Translations under genes and position numbers: made by a program | The notes under the pieces: model-generated | The model's input: only the letters and a program-made list of their open reading frames with translations | Told to the model about the DNA's origin: nothing | Databases searched by the model: none | Assembly (NCBI GenBank): GCA_950097015.1 | Contig: CATNEN010000028.1 | Coordinates: 310,001 to 374,000 of the forward strand | Length of the DNA: 64,000 nucleotides | Source: Macrostomum hystrix | Taxonomy: Eukaryota > Animalia > Platyhelminthes | Direction: 5' to 3' | Shown: piece after piece, positions 15,300 through 29,249 of the stretch | Position numbering within the stretch: position 1 is the first letter of the stretch | How the letters are laid out: each line of letters starts with the position of its first letter

Positions 15300-18200
15300 T
15301 GGTGGAGATGGAGAAAGACGATCTAGAAAGAGAGATGGAAGACAGGAGAGAGAAATGCTAGACAGAGAGATGGTAGACAGGATAGAGATGGTAGACAGGA
15401 TAGAGATGGTAGACAGGAGAGAGATGGTAGAGAGGAGAGAGAGATGGTAGACAGGAGAGAGATGGTAGACAGGAGAGAGATGGTAGACAGGAGAGAGATG
15501 GTAGAGAGGAGAGAGAGATGGTAGACAGGAGAGAGATGGTAGACAGGAGAGAGATGGTAGACAGGAGAGAGATGGTAGACAGGAGAGAGATGGTAAACAG
15601 GAGAGAGAGATGGAAGACAGGAGAGAGAAATGCTAGACAGAGAGATGGTAGACAGGATAGAGATGGTAGACAGGAGAGAGATGGTAGAGAGGAGAGAGAT
15701 GGTAGAGAGGGGAGAGATGGTAGAGAGGACAGAGATGGTAGACAGGAGAGAGATGGTAGACAGGAGAGAGATGGTAGACAGGAGAGAGATGGTAGACATG
15801 AGAGAGATGGTAGACAGGAGAGAGATGGTAGACAGGAGAGAGATGGTAGACAGGAGAGAGATAGTAGACAGGAGAGAGATGGTAGACAGGAGAGAGATAG
15901 TAGACAAGAGAGAGATGGTAGAGAGGAGAGAGAGATGGCAGACAGGAGAGAGATGGTAAACAGGAGAGAGAGATGGAAGACAGGAGGGAGATGGAAGACA
16001 GGAGAGAGAAATGCTAGACAGAGAGATGGTAGACAGGAGAGAGATGGTAGACAGGAGAGAGATGGTAGACAGGAGAGAGATGGTAGACAGGAGAGAGATG
16101 GTAGACAGGAGAGAGATGGTAAACAGGAGAGAGAGATGGTAGACAGGAGAGAGATGGTAGACAGGAGAGAGATGGTAGACAGGAGAGAGATAGTAGACAG
16201 GAGAGAGATGGTAGACAGGAGAGAGATAGTAGACAAGAGAGAGATGGTAGAGAGGAGAGAGAGATGGCAGACAGGATAGAGATGGTAGAAAGGAGAGAGA
16301 GATGGCAGACAGGATAGAGATGGTAAACAGGAGAGAGAGATGGAAGACAGGAGGGAGATGGAAGACAGGAGAGAGAAATGCTAGACAGAGAGATGGTAGA
16401 CAGGAGAGAGATGGTAAACAGGAGAGAGAGATGGTAGACAGGAGAGAGATGGTAGACAGGAGAGAGATGGTAGACAGGAGAGAGATAGTAGACAGGAGAG
16501 AGATGGTAGACAGGAGAGAGATAGTAGACAAGAGAGAGATGGTAGAGAGGAGAGAGAGATGGCAGACAGGAGAGAGATGGTAGACAGGAGAGAGATGGTA
16601 GACAGGAGAGAGATGGTAAACAGGAGAGAGAGATGGTAGACAGGAGAGAGATGGTAGACAGGAGAGAGATGGTAGACAGGAGAGAGAGATGGAAGACAGG
16701 AGCGAGAGATGGAAGACAGGATAGAGATGGTAGACAGGAGAGAGAGATGGTAGACAGGAGAGAGATGGTAGACAGGAGAGAGAGATGGTAGACAGGAGAG
16801 AGAGATGGAAGACAGGAGAGAGAAATGCTAGACAGAGAGATGGTAGACAGGAGAGAGATGGTAGACAGGATAGAGATGGTAGACAGGATAGAGATGGTAG
16901 ACAGGAGAGAGATGGTAGACAGGAGAGAGAGATGGTAGACAGGAGAGAGATGGTAGACAGGAGAGAGATGGTAGACAGGAGAGAGATGGTAGAGAGGAGA
17001 GAGAGATGGTAGACAGGAGAGAGATGGTAGACAGGAGAGAGATGGAAGACAGGAGAGAGAAATGCTAGACAGAGAGATGGTAGACAGGATAGAGATGGTA
17101 GACAGGAGAGAGATGGTAGAGAGGAGAGAGATGGTAGAGAGGGGAGAGATGGTAGAGAGGACAGAGATGGTAGACAGGAGAGAGATGGTAGACAGGAGAG
17201 AGATGGTAGACAGGAGAGAGATGGTAGACATGAGAGAGATGGTAGACAGGAGAGAGATGGTAGACAGGAGAGAGATGGTAGACAGGAGAGAGATAGTAGA
17301 CAGGAGAGAGATGGTAGACAGGAGAGAGATAGTAGACAAGAGAGAGATGGTAGAGAGGAGAGAGAGATGGCAGACAGGAGAGAGATGGTAAACAGGAGAG
17401 AGAGATGGAAGACAGGAGGGAGATGGAAGACAGGAGAGAGAAATGCTAGACAGAGAGATGGTAGACAGGAGAGAGATGGTAGACAGGAGAGAGATGGTAG
17501 ACAGGAGAGAGATGGTAGACAGGAGAGAGATGGTAGACAGGAGAGAGATGGTAAACAGGAGAGAGAGATGGTAGACAGGAGAGAGATGGTAGACAGGAGA
17601 GAGATGGTAGACAGGAGAGAGATAGTAGACAGGAGAGAGATGGTAGACAGGAGAGAGATAGTAGACAAGAGAGAGATGGTAGAGAGGAGAGAGAGATGGC
17701 AGACAGGATAGAGATGGTAGAAAGGAGAGAGAGATGGCAGACAGGATAGAGATGGTAAACAGGAGAGAGAGATGGAAGACAGGAGGGAGATGGAAGACAG
17801 GAGAGAGAAATGCTAGACAGAGAGATGGTAGACAGGAGAGAGATGGTAAACAGGAGAGAGAGATGGTAGACAGGAGAGAGATGGTAGACAGGAGAGAGAT
17901 GGTAGACAGGAGAGAGATAGTAGACAGGAGAGAGATGGTAGACAGGAGAGAGATAGTAGACAAGAGAGAGATGGTAGAGAGGAGAGAGATGGTAGACAGG
18001 AGAGAGATGGTAGACAGGATAGAGATGGTAGACAGGAGAGAGATGGTAAACAGGAGAGAGAGATGGTAGACAGGAGAGAGATGGTAGACAGGAGAGAGAT
18101 GGTAGACAGGAGAGAGAGATGGAAGACAGGAGCGAGAGATGGAAGACAGGATAGAGATGGTAGACAGGAGAGAGAGATGGTAGACAGGAGAGAGATGGTA

Positions 18201-19925
18201 GACAGGAGAGAGAGATGGTAGACAGGAGAGAGAGATGGAAGACAGGAGAGAGAAATGCTAGACAGAGAGATGGTAGACAGGAGAGAGATGGTAGACAGGA
18301 TAGAGATGGTAGACAGGATAGAGATGGTAGACAGGAGAGAGATGGTAGACAGGAGAGAGAGATGGTAGACAGGAGAGAGATGGTAGACAGGAGAGAGATG
18401 GTAGACAGGAGAGAGATGGTAGAGAGGAGAGAGAGATGGTAGACAGGAGAGAGATGGTAGACAGGAGAGAGATGGTAGACAGGAGAGAGATGGTAGACAG
18501 GAGAGAGATGGTAAACAGGAGAGAGAGATGGAAGACAGGAGAGAGAAATGCTAGACAGAGAGATGGTAGACAGGAGAGAGATGGTAGACAGGAGAGAGAT
18601 GGTAGACAGGAGAGAGATGGTAGACAGGATAGAGATGGTAGACAGGATAGAGATGGTAGACAGGAGAGAGATGGTAGAGAGGAGAGAGAGATGGTAGACA
18701 GGAGAGAAATGGTAGACAGGAGAGAGATGGTAGACAGGAGAGAGAGATGGAAGACAGGAGCGAGAGATGGAAGACAGGAGCGAGAGATGGAAGACAGGAT
18801 AGAGATGGTAGACAGGAGAGAGAGATGGTAGACTGGAGAGAGATGGTAGACAGGAGAGAGAGATGGTAGACAGGAGAGAGAGATGCAAGACAGGAGAGAG
18901 AAATGCTAGACAGAGAGATGGTAGACAGGAGAGAGATGGTAGACAGGATAGAGATGGTAGACAGGATAGAGATGGTAGACAGGAGAGAGATGGTAGACAG
19001 GAGAGAGATGGTAGACAGGAGAGAGATGGTAGACAGGAGAGAGATGGTAAACAGGAGAGAGAGATGGAAGACAGGAGAGAGAAATGCTAGACAGAGAGAT
19101 GGTAGACAGGATAGAGAAGGTAGACAGGAGAGAGATGGTAGACAGGAGAGAGATGGTAGACAGTATAGAGATGGTAGACAGGAGATAGAGATGGAAGACA
19201 GGAGCGAGAGATGGTAGACAGGAGAGAGATGGTAGACAGGAGAGAGAGATGGAAGACAGGAGCGAGAGATGGTAGACAGGAGAGAGAGATGGTAGACAGG
19301 AGAGAGAGATGGAAGACAGGAGAGAGAGATGGAAGACAGAAGAGAGAGATAGTGGACAGGAGAGAGAGATGGTAGACAGGAGAGAGAGATGGTAGACAGG
19401 AGAGAGAGATGGAAGACAGGAGCGAGAGATGGTAGACAGGAGAGAGAGAGAGATGGTAGACAGGAGAGAGAGATGGTAGACAGGAGAGAGAGATGGAAGA
19501 CAGGAGCGAGAGATGGTAGACAGGAGAGAGAGAGAGATGGTAGACAGGAGAGAGAGATGGTAGACAGGAGAGAGATGGTAGACAGGAGAGAGATGGTAGA
19601 CAGGAGAGAGATGGTAAACAGGAGAGAGAGATGGAAGACAGGAGAGAGAAATGCTAGACAGAGAGATGGTAGACAGGAGAGAGACATGGTAGACAGGAGA
19701 GAGAGATGGTAGACAGGAGAGAGATGGTAGACAGGAGAGAGAGATGGTAGAAAGGAGAGAGAGATGGAAGACAGGAGAGAGAGATGTAGACAGTAGAGAG
19801 ATGGTAGACAGGAGAGAGATGGTAGACAGGAGAGAGAGATGGTAGAGAGGAGAGAGAGATGGAAGACAGGAGAGAGAGATGTAGACAGTAGAGAGATGGA
19901 AGACAGGAGAGAGAGATGTTAGACT
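15300..19925. repeat. 18/20-nt purine-rich minisatellite GATGGTAGACAGGAGAGA with ~1.43-kb higher-order duplication
   Basis: Direct periodicity; identical translated blocks at offsets of 1430-1432. Confidence 0.97.
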
Positions 19926-20334
19926 AGATATGAGGCACAATATCCGTTGTGTGTCCAGGTAAATCCCTTCGGTTTTTGTTTGCACTTTTGCTGCAAGCGA
20001 AAATCAAGATCGTTTTGTTCGGTGTTGGAGCACGTCTGCCTGTGATTTCATCCAGAGATTAATTTTTTTTTTTCGCTAAGCAATGCCAGGGAAGAAATTC
20101 GTTTTCCGTCCTTCTGAAATTTTAAATTTCCGTTTCTTCAATTCGCTTATATCCCCTCAGAAAAGCTGTTTCAATCGCGCTCACTTTATTCAAAGCGCCC
20201 AAAACACTGGCCTCAATGAGCTGCAGTTTTCATTTATAATAATATTTATACCAGTTTTTTAGTTCAACCGCGTTTCCCCTAAAAAATCTCCCCGTTGTCA
20301 TAAAAAGCTGTTTTTTCTTGAATTAAAGCCATCC

Positions 20335-21235
20335 AAGCAACTGACACTCCAGCTGACAATCCTACTGACAACCCCAGCTGACTCTCCTACTGACAACCCC
20401 AGCTGCCACTCCTACTGACAACCCCAGCTGACACCCCTACTGACATCTCCAGCTGCCACTCCTACTGACAACCCCAGCTGACACTCGTACTGACACCCCA
20501 GCTGACACTCCTACTTACAACCCCAGCTGACACTTCTACTGACGCCCCAGCTGACACTTCCACTGACACCCCAGCTGACACTTCTACTGACGTCTCCAGC
20601 TGAAACTTCTACTGACACCCCAGCTGACACTTCTACTGACGTCTCCAGCTGACACTTCTACTGACACCCCAGCTGACACTTCTACTGACGTCTCCAGCTG
20701 ACACTCCTACTTACAACCCCAGCTGAAACTTCTACTGACGTCTCCAGCTGACACTCCTACTTACAACCCCAGCTGAAACTTCTACTGACACCCCAGCTGA
20801 CACTTCTACTGACGTCTCCAGCTGACACTTCTACTGACAACCCCAGCTGACAATCCTACTGACACCCGCCGCTGACACTCGTACTGGCATCTCCAGCTGA
20901 CACTTCTACTGACGTCTCCAGCTGACACTTCTACTGACAACCCCAGCTGACACTTCTACTGACACCCCAGCTGACACTTCTACTGACACCCCAGCTGACA
21001 CTTCTACTGACACCCCAGCTGACACTTCTACTGACACCTCAGCTGACACTTCTACTGACACCCCAGCTGACACTTCTACTGACACCCCAGCTGACACTTC
21101 TACTGACGTCTCCAGCTGACACTCCTACTTACAACTCCAGCTGACACTTCTACTGACGTCTCCAGCTGACACTTCTACTGACACCACAGCTGACACTTCT
21201 ACTGTCAACCCCAGCTGACACTCTAACTGACATTT
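20335..21235. repeat. 24-nt minisatellite CTTCTACTGACACCCCAGCTGACA
   Basis: Direct periodicity. Confidence 0.95.
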
Positions 21236-21837
21236 CTAATCATCTGGTCACTCTCATTTAATTTAATCGCAAATTTATATTTGAGTTTGTATGTCACCAG
21301 TTTTTTTAATCTATTAACCGCCGTGCAATTCAAAAAGCTGGAACATAAAGCTTAATTAATATTGAGAAATACCGCATGAAAAAATAGTTTGTTCTTGCGT
21401 CGGGCACAGATTGATCAGGTGAACTTTTTGTGAATTGGTGAGAGAGAAAGAGAGAGAAAGAGAGAGAGGAAAGGAGAGATTTCGCACACGGAAAGCACCC
21501 TACCCCATTATCGATCGTTTCCGTGCTAAAATCCCTTACCTTTACAATTTCTGTTTCTCTCTGTTTCGTCCTCTAAAAGAATTCGTCACTTGCTGTTCAG
21601 TGACACCCCACTTATAAAACATACACACAGAAATTTGATCCAGAATAGTTAATTTAATTTGACAGTTTTGTTACATTTTTACTTTTTTTAGACTCCACTT
21701 TAAAGGACTGGCTAAAACATACTCGACATTCCAACTGCTGGCTTGTAGTTAAGAGATATTTTTTGGATATTCGGGTAATTTTCATAAAAATTTAACTAGA
21801 CAGATCTGGCACATTTAACCAACGGATTCATTTCTCA

Positions 21838-24800
21838 ATGGGTAACGACAATTCCAAACAGTTTATGTCCGACTTTCAGAACAAAAAAGTTACGCACGAG
21901 TTTCGGACCTTTTTTGGTGAGCGCGAATTTGAAAATTGAGAAAATTTCTAAGAAATAGCTTCTTTTCATTACGTATCTATTCTTATTTCTTTGTAGATTT
22001 TAACAAAGATGGCTCGCTCACTGAGAAAGACTTTGTTGAGGCTAAAGAGGTTTGCATTGTGAATCTATCATTGACTGCCATTTGAAATCATAAAAGTGTG
22101 ATTTTGCAGTGTATTTGCATTTTTCCCAGCCATTTCGAATCCCAAGACTGCCATTTTGAGTTCTAAGACTGCCATTTTGAGTTCTAAGACTGCCATTTTG
22201 AGTTCTAAGACTGCCATTTTGAGTTCTAAGACTGCCATTTTGAGTTCTAAGAAGACTGCCATTTTGAGTTCTAAGACTGCCATTTTGAGTTCTAAGACTG
22301 CCATTTTGAGTTCTAAGACTGCCATTTCGAATCCCAAGACTGCCATTTTGAGTTCTAAGACTGCCATTTTGAGTTCTAAGACTGCCATTTCGAATCCCAA
22401 GACTGCCATTTCGAATCCTAAGACTGCCATTTTGATTTCTAAGACTGCCATTTCGGATTTAATGACTGCCATTTCGAATCCCAAGACTGCCATTTTGTGT
22501 GTTTAGCGGCCAGGTTCAGGTTCTTGGCTATTTTCTCAATCCTTTAGAAAATTTGCCAAATGAGCGGCTGGAAGCCCAGCATGCCGCAGTACGGCCACAT
22601 GGAGACTCTATTCAATGAGGTCTGGCAGAATTTGCACAAAAGCGCCAACGAGAACGGCGACGAGGAGATCTCTGAGGAGGAATGGGCAAGTTCGCGGGTT
22701 CGAATCTTGATAGAATATAACTACTATGAGTAGTTTCTTTCTAAAGAAAGTTCATTGTATGTATCCGTTTTTCGATACATATCGGAGATTAAAATATTAC
22801 AAACACCGACATTCTCCCCCTCAATCGGTTGCCAGTGCGCCATGTGGGACTCGCTGTTCGAGAAGATGGCCCGGGATCGAATCCTGGCCGAGAAGGAAAA
22901 GCGAGACTTTCAACTTGAATTGCCTGGCTGGCTGCATCGCTATTTTGAGTACAAATTCAACTTGCTGGACAGGACCCGTGAGACTCACTAATCACTCTAC
23001 TTCAATCTGATCACTCTACTTCAATCTGATCACTCTACTTCAATCTGATCACTCTACTTCAATCTGATCACTCTACTTCAATCTGATCACCCTACTTCAA
23101 TCTGATCACTCTACTCCAATCTGATCACTCTACTCCAATCTGATCACTCTACTTCAATCTGATCACTCTACTCCAATCTGATCACTCTACTCCAATCTGA
23201 TCACTCTACTCCAATCTGATCACTCTACTCCAATCTGATCACTCTACTCCAATCTGATCACTCTACTCCAATCTGATCACTCTACTTCAATCTGATCACT
23301 CTACTTAAAGCTGATCACTCTACTTCAATCTGATCACTCTACTTCAATCTGATCACTCTACTTAAATCTGATCACTCTACTTCAATCTGATCACTCTACT
23401 TCAATCTGATCACTCTACTTAAAGCTGATCACTCTACTTCAATCTGATCACTCTACTTCAATCTGATCACTCTACTTAAATCTGATCACTCTACTTCAAT
23501 CTGATCACTCTACTTAAAGCTGATCACTCTACTCCAATCTGATCACTCTACTTCAATCTGATCACTCTACTTCACTCTGATCACCCTACTTCAATCTGAT
23601 CACTCTACTTCAATCTGATCACTCTACTCCAATCTGATAACTCTACTTCACTCTGATCACCCTACTTCAATCTGATCACTCTACTTCAATCTGATCACTC
23701 TACTTCAATCTGATCACTCTACTTCAATCTGATCACTCTACTCCAATCTGATAACTCTACTTCACTCTGATCACCCTACTTCAATCTGATCACTCTACTT
23801 CAATCTGATCACCCTACTTCAATCTGATCACTCTACTTCAATCTGATCACTCTACTTCAATCTGATCACTCTACTTAAAGCTGATCACTCTACTTCAATC
23901 TGATCACTCTACTTCAATCTGATCACTCTACTTCAATCTGATCACTCTACTCCAATCTGATAACTCTACTTCACTCTGATCACTCTACTTCAATCTGATC
24001 ATCTACTCCAATCTGATCACTCTACTCCAATCTGATAACTCTACTTCACTCTGATCACTCTACTTCAATCTGATCACTCTACTCCAATCTGATAACTCTA
24101 CTTCAATCTGATCACTCTACTTCAATCTGATAACTCTACTTCAATCTGATCACTCTACTCCAATCTGATAACTCTACTTCAATCTGATCACTCTACTTCA
24201 ATCTGATCACTCTACTTCAATCTGATCACTCTACTCCAATCTGATAACTCTACTTCAATCTGATCATCTACTCCAATCTGATCACTCTACTCCAATCTGA
24301 TAACTCTACTTCAATCTGATCACTCTACTCCAATCTGATAACTCTACTTCAATCTGATCACTCTACTTCAATCTGATAACTCTACTTCAATCTGATCATC
24401 TACTCCAATCTGATCACTCTACTCCAATCTGATCACTCTACTTCAATCTGATCACTCTACTCCAATCTGATAACTCTACTTCAATCTGATCACTCTACTT
24501 CAATCTGATCACTCTACTTCAATCTGATCACTCTACTCCAATCTGATAACTCTACTTCAATCTGATCATCTACTCCAATCTGATCACTCTACTCCAATCT
24601 GATAACTCTACTTCAATCTGATCACTCTACTCCAATCTGATAACTCTACTTCAATCTGATCACTCTACTCCAATCTGATAACTCTACTTCAATCTGATCA
24701 TCTACTCCAATCTGATCACTCTACTCCAATCTGATCACTCTACTTCAATCTGATCACTCTACTCCAATCTGATCACTCTACTTGAATCTGATCCATTTAC

Positions 24801-25180
24801 TCTGATCACTCTTCTCAGGTGACGGTGAAGTCGACATTGAGGAGTACGAGTACGTGATGCAGGACTTTGGCGTGAAGCCAAAAGAGGCACGCTTGGCCTT
24901 CAAGAGATTCACTGAGGTGAGCTAATATAACTTAATTATTGATTCCGGGTAATTTTTGTCGGTCAATTCTTATAACTCTTTTTTATATTGCCTGTCCAAC
25001 CCGATCGCATCCTAGGGAAACACCAGGAAGCTGGACAGGGCCTGTTATCTTGAGCTGTGTGAGCAGTACTTCATCTCGGACGATCCCGAGCATCCGGGAA
25101 ATTTCATCAGCGGCAAGCTGGACTGGGACGACTTGGATGTGAAGTACGCTCCGAGAATTGAGGAGAATAAAATGTGCTGA
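21838..25180 (+). CDS. Calexcitin / sarcoplasmic calcium-binding protein (SCP)-like EF-hand protein, 224 aa
   Basis: Exons 21838-21916, 21997-22049, 22548-22685, 22836-22977, 24819-24916, 25016-25180 total 675 nt in frame. Sequence resembles calexcitin/Scp2 throughout (SDFQNKK..FFDFNKDG, KIC..GW, EEEWCAMWD, LPGWL, YFISDDPEHPGNFISG). EF loops: DFNKDGSLTEKD, NENGDEEISEEE, DRTRDGEVDIEE. A possible 5'UTR intron lies at 21419-21691. Confidence 0.9.
22128..22497. repeat. 21-nt minisatellite GACTGCCATTTTGAGTTCTAA (calexcitin-like intron 2)
   Basis: Direct periodicity. Confidence 0.95.
22990..24812. repeat. 19-nt minisatellite TCACTCTACTTCAATCTGA (calexcitin-like intron 4)
   Basis: Period 19. Confidence 0.97.
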
Positions 25181-25319
25181 GCGCAGTTCGAGTATTCGTC
25201 ATTAAAGTTCCATTTGCAGATGCAAAACTTTCTTGACAACATAAAAAATTTACTCCACAAAAACTACTGATCTTTTTACGTTCAAATTTTTATGACAAAA
25301 CAAAGATTCATTTATCCTG

Positions 25320-26185
25320 TGGGATTCTAGTGAGATCTGGTGGGATTTATCTCTGACTTTAGAAGGATTCATCTAGGATTCTTTAATGATTAATCTCGGA
25401 TTCTAGAAGGATTCATCTAGGATTCTGAAAGGATTTATCTCTAACTCTAGAAGGATTCATATTGGTTCTAGTAGGATTGATCCCGGATTCTAGTAGGATT
25501 GATACCGGATTCTAGTAGGATTGATCTCGGATTCTAGTAGGATTGATCCCGGATTCTAGTAGGATTGATCTCGGATTTTAATAGGATTGATACCGGATTC
25601 TAGTAGGATTGATCCCGGTTCTAGTAGGATTGATCCCGGCTTCTAGTAGGATTGATACCGGATTCTAGTAGGATTGATCTCGGATTCTAATAGGATTGAT
25701 ACCGGATTCTAATAGGATTGATCACGGATTCTAATAGGATTGATACCGGATTCTAATAGGATTGATCACGGATTCTAGTAGGTTTGATTCCGGATTCTAG
25801 TAGGATTGATCCCGGATTCTAGTAGGATTGATCCCGGTTTTAGTAGGATTGATCCCGGGTTCTAGTAGGATTGATACCGGATTCTAGTAGGATTGATCTC
25901 GGATTCTAATAGGATTGATACCGGATTCTAATAGGATTGATCACGGATTCTAATAGGATTGATACCGGATTCCAATAGGATTGATCACGGATTCTAATAG
26001 GATTGATACCGGATTCTAATAGGATTGATACCGGATTCTAATAGGATTGATACCGGATTCTAATAGGATTGATACCGGATTCTACTCGTAGTAGGATTGA
26101 TCCCGGATTCTAATGGGATTGATACCGGATTCTAGCAGGATTGATCTCGGATTCTAGAGGGATTGATCCCGGATTCCAGTGTGAT
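25320..26185. repeat. 22-nt minisatellite GGATTCTAGTAGGATTGATACC, block 1
   Basis: Period 22. Confidence 0.95.
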
Positions 26186-27084
26186 TTAGTTCAGATTCCT
26201 GAGGTAAGATTAATACCGAATAAATTGCGAATAAAAAAATCTACTGCTGCTTAATCGCTGACTTCCCGTACCGATGACTTGTTTAGCTTAGATTTAAAGT
26301 GTGATTTCAGTGCAATTTTTACATAATCCGTGCAAATATTTTCCTCATGACAATTTAATTGTACTCGCTAATTAATCAAGTCACAATACTTAGTTTCTGC
26401 TTCCTGAAATTATTCAAATAGCGTCATACGCTGTTGTTATTGACATTTTGCTATTAAATAATTTAGGAATTATTGAAAAAAAGTTTAAAATATCCTCTGT
26501 TATTTATACTTGCTTGTATTTTTTTCGGGTAAGAAAAATTTTTTGTTATTATCGTAGAACGATTTTCCTAGAAAACTGCAATAATTTTTTCCAAGAATCT
26601 GAAAATAAGATGCGGTTACTTGAACAAGTGAGTTTAAAGCACCTTCAAATGTATGAAATCGATAATGTATAAGCAGAATATAATTTTTATTTACATAATT
26701 CTTTAAGACCGATCTGAGCACACTAAACATTCACAGAGCTAAAGTAATATGACAATAGAAAACTGATCAATGGTACTTTTCATTTCTTCAAGAAGAAAAA
26801 TGCACTTGTGCATTGGCAGTGGAATGCCAAATGGTTAAAAATTCCATTTTTTCCGTTTTTTCTTTCCAAATCAGCTGGAAGACATAAGTCGACATGTCGC
26901 TGGTCGAAGGCTTACAGAAACACAATAAGTAACAATGCTTTGACTGCGTCTGGGGGGAGGCACAGCAGTAATAATTCAATAATTCAACAGTCAAACCCAA
27001 TGTCCCAAACTGCCTACTGCAAGGGCTATCGTATGCCTATGTACGAAGTAGTTAAAAATGCAAAGTTGGTATAAGAAAAATAAT

Positions 27085-28460
27085 GGATTCTACAGGGATA
27101 TATTCCGGATTGTACCAGGATTGATCCGGGATTCTAGTAGGATTGATACCGGATTCTAGTAGGATTGATACCGGATTCTAGTAGGATTGATCCCGGATTC
27201 TAGTAGGATTGATACCGGGTCCTTGTAGGATTGATCTCGGATTCTAGTAGGATTGATCTCGGATTCTAGAGGGATTGATCCCGGATTCTAGTAGGATTGA
27301 TCCCGGATTCTGGTAGGATTGATCCCGGATTCTAGTAGGATTGATACCGGATTCTAGAGGGATTGATACCGGATTCTAGTAGGATTGATACCGGATTCTA
27401 GAGGGATTGATACCGGATTCTAGTAGGATTGATCTCGGATTCTAGAGGGATTGATACCGGTTTCTAGTAGGATTGATACCGGATTCTAGTAGGATTGATA
27501 ACTGGATTCTAGTAGGATTGATCCCGGGATTCTAGTAGGATTGATACCGGATTCTAGTAGGATTGATACCGGATTCTAGTAGGATTGATTCCGGATTCTA
27601 ATAGGATTGATACCGGATTCTTATAGGATTGATCCAGGATTCTAGTAGGATTGATACCGGATTCTAGTAGGATTGATACAGGATTCTAGTAGGATTGATC
27701 CCGGATTCTAGTAGGATTGATCCCGGATTCTAGTAGGATTGATTCCGGATTCTAGTAGGATTGATACCGGATTCTAGTAGGATTGATACCGGATTCTTAT
27801 AGGATTGATCCCGGATTCTAGTAGGATTGATACCGGATTCTAGTAGGATTGATCCCGGATTCTAGTAGGATTGACACCGGATTCTAGTAGGATTGATCCC
27901 GGATTCTAGTAGGATTGATTCCGGATTCTAGTAGGATTGATACCGGATTCTAGTAGGATTGATACCGGATTCTAGTAGGATTGACACCGGATTCTAGTAG
28001 GATTGATACAGGATTCTATTAGGATTGATACCGGATTCTAGTAGGATTGATCTCTGATTCTACTGGGATATATCCAGGATTCTAGTAGGATTGATACCGG
28101 ATTCTAGTAGGATTGATACCGGATTCTAGTAGGATTGATAACGGATTCTAGTAGGATTGATCTCTGATTCTAGTAGGATTGATACCGGATTCTAGTAGGA
28201 TTGATCTCGGATTCTAGTAGGATTGATCCCGGATTCTAGTAGGATTGATACCGGATTCTAGTAGGATTGATCTCTGCTTCTACTGGGATATATCCCGGAT
28301 TCTAGTAGGATTGATACCGGATTCTAGTAGGATTGATCTCTGATTCTACTGGGATATATCCCGGATTCTAGTAGGATTGATACCGGATTCTAATGGGATT
28401 GATACTGGATTCTACTTGGGACTGATCCCGGGTTCTACTGGGATTTAAACTGGATTCTAG
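27085..28460. repeat. Same 22-nt minisatellite, block 2
   Basis: Period 22, same orientation as block 1. Confidence 0.95.
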
Positions 28461-28627
28461 TGAAATTGATACTGTATCTGGGCAGCATTTATAATGGAGT
28501 ATTGCGATTCTACTCCAGGATTTTAGTTGCATTGTTCTGAGAACACTAGTAAACACTTGAAGTATGAAAGCACAAAGTAAACACTTCATGAATCCCTAAT
28601 TAAATCTAAATGGGCAGAAAGGCGATA

Positions 28628-28960
28628 TCGTGCCTGCTCTCTCCTACCCGCTCTCTCCTACCCGCTCTCTCCTACCCGCTCTCTCCTACCCGCTCTCTCC
28701 TACCCGCTCTCTCCTACCCGCTCTCTCCTACCCGCTCTCTCCTACCCGCTCTCTCCTACCCGCTCTCTCCTACCCGCTCTCTCCCACCCGCCCTCTCCCA
28801 CTCGCTCTCTCTTATCCGCTCTCTCCTACTCGCTCTCTCCTACCCGCTCTTTCTTATCCGCTCTCTCCTACCCGCTCTCTCCTACCCGCTCTCTCCTACC
28901 CGCTCTCTCCCACCCGCCCTCTCCCACTCGCTCTCTCTTATCCGCTCTCTCCCACCCGTT
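28628..28960. repeat. 14-nt CT-rich minisatellite CTCTCTCCTACCCG
   Basis: Period 14. Confidence 0.93.
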
Positions 28961-29249
28961 CTCAAAATCTACTCTCAATCTTTTTGCGCATACCAGCCCT
29001 CTCTAGTCTCTCTCTCCCTGTCTGTCTGGTCCAATTTTTCTGCAGCAGCGGCATTATTGATCGGCATTGACTGAACAGCGCAAGCCCCAGAGGGCTGAAA
29101 GAAGACTCAAGCAGGGCTGGTCAGTCTGTCCGCTCCCAGCAAACAATTTTGGGAAGACTCCATTGACGCTATTCGACTTTTTCTCTGAGAAGCACCGGAG
29201 GGGGAAAGAGAGCCGTGCGAGCAATGACTATGGGAAGAAATTTTACAAT

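Noticed and set aside
15323-19985. Very long ORFs (781, 649, 480, 378 aa) in the 18-mer array
   Set aside because: They are translations of a tandem repeat that lacks stops in some frames, overlap on both strands, and show no domain.
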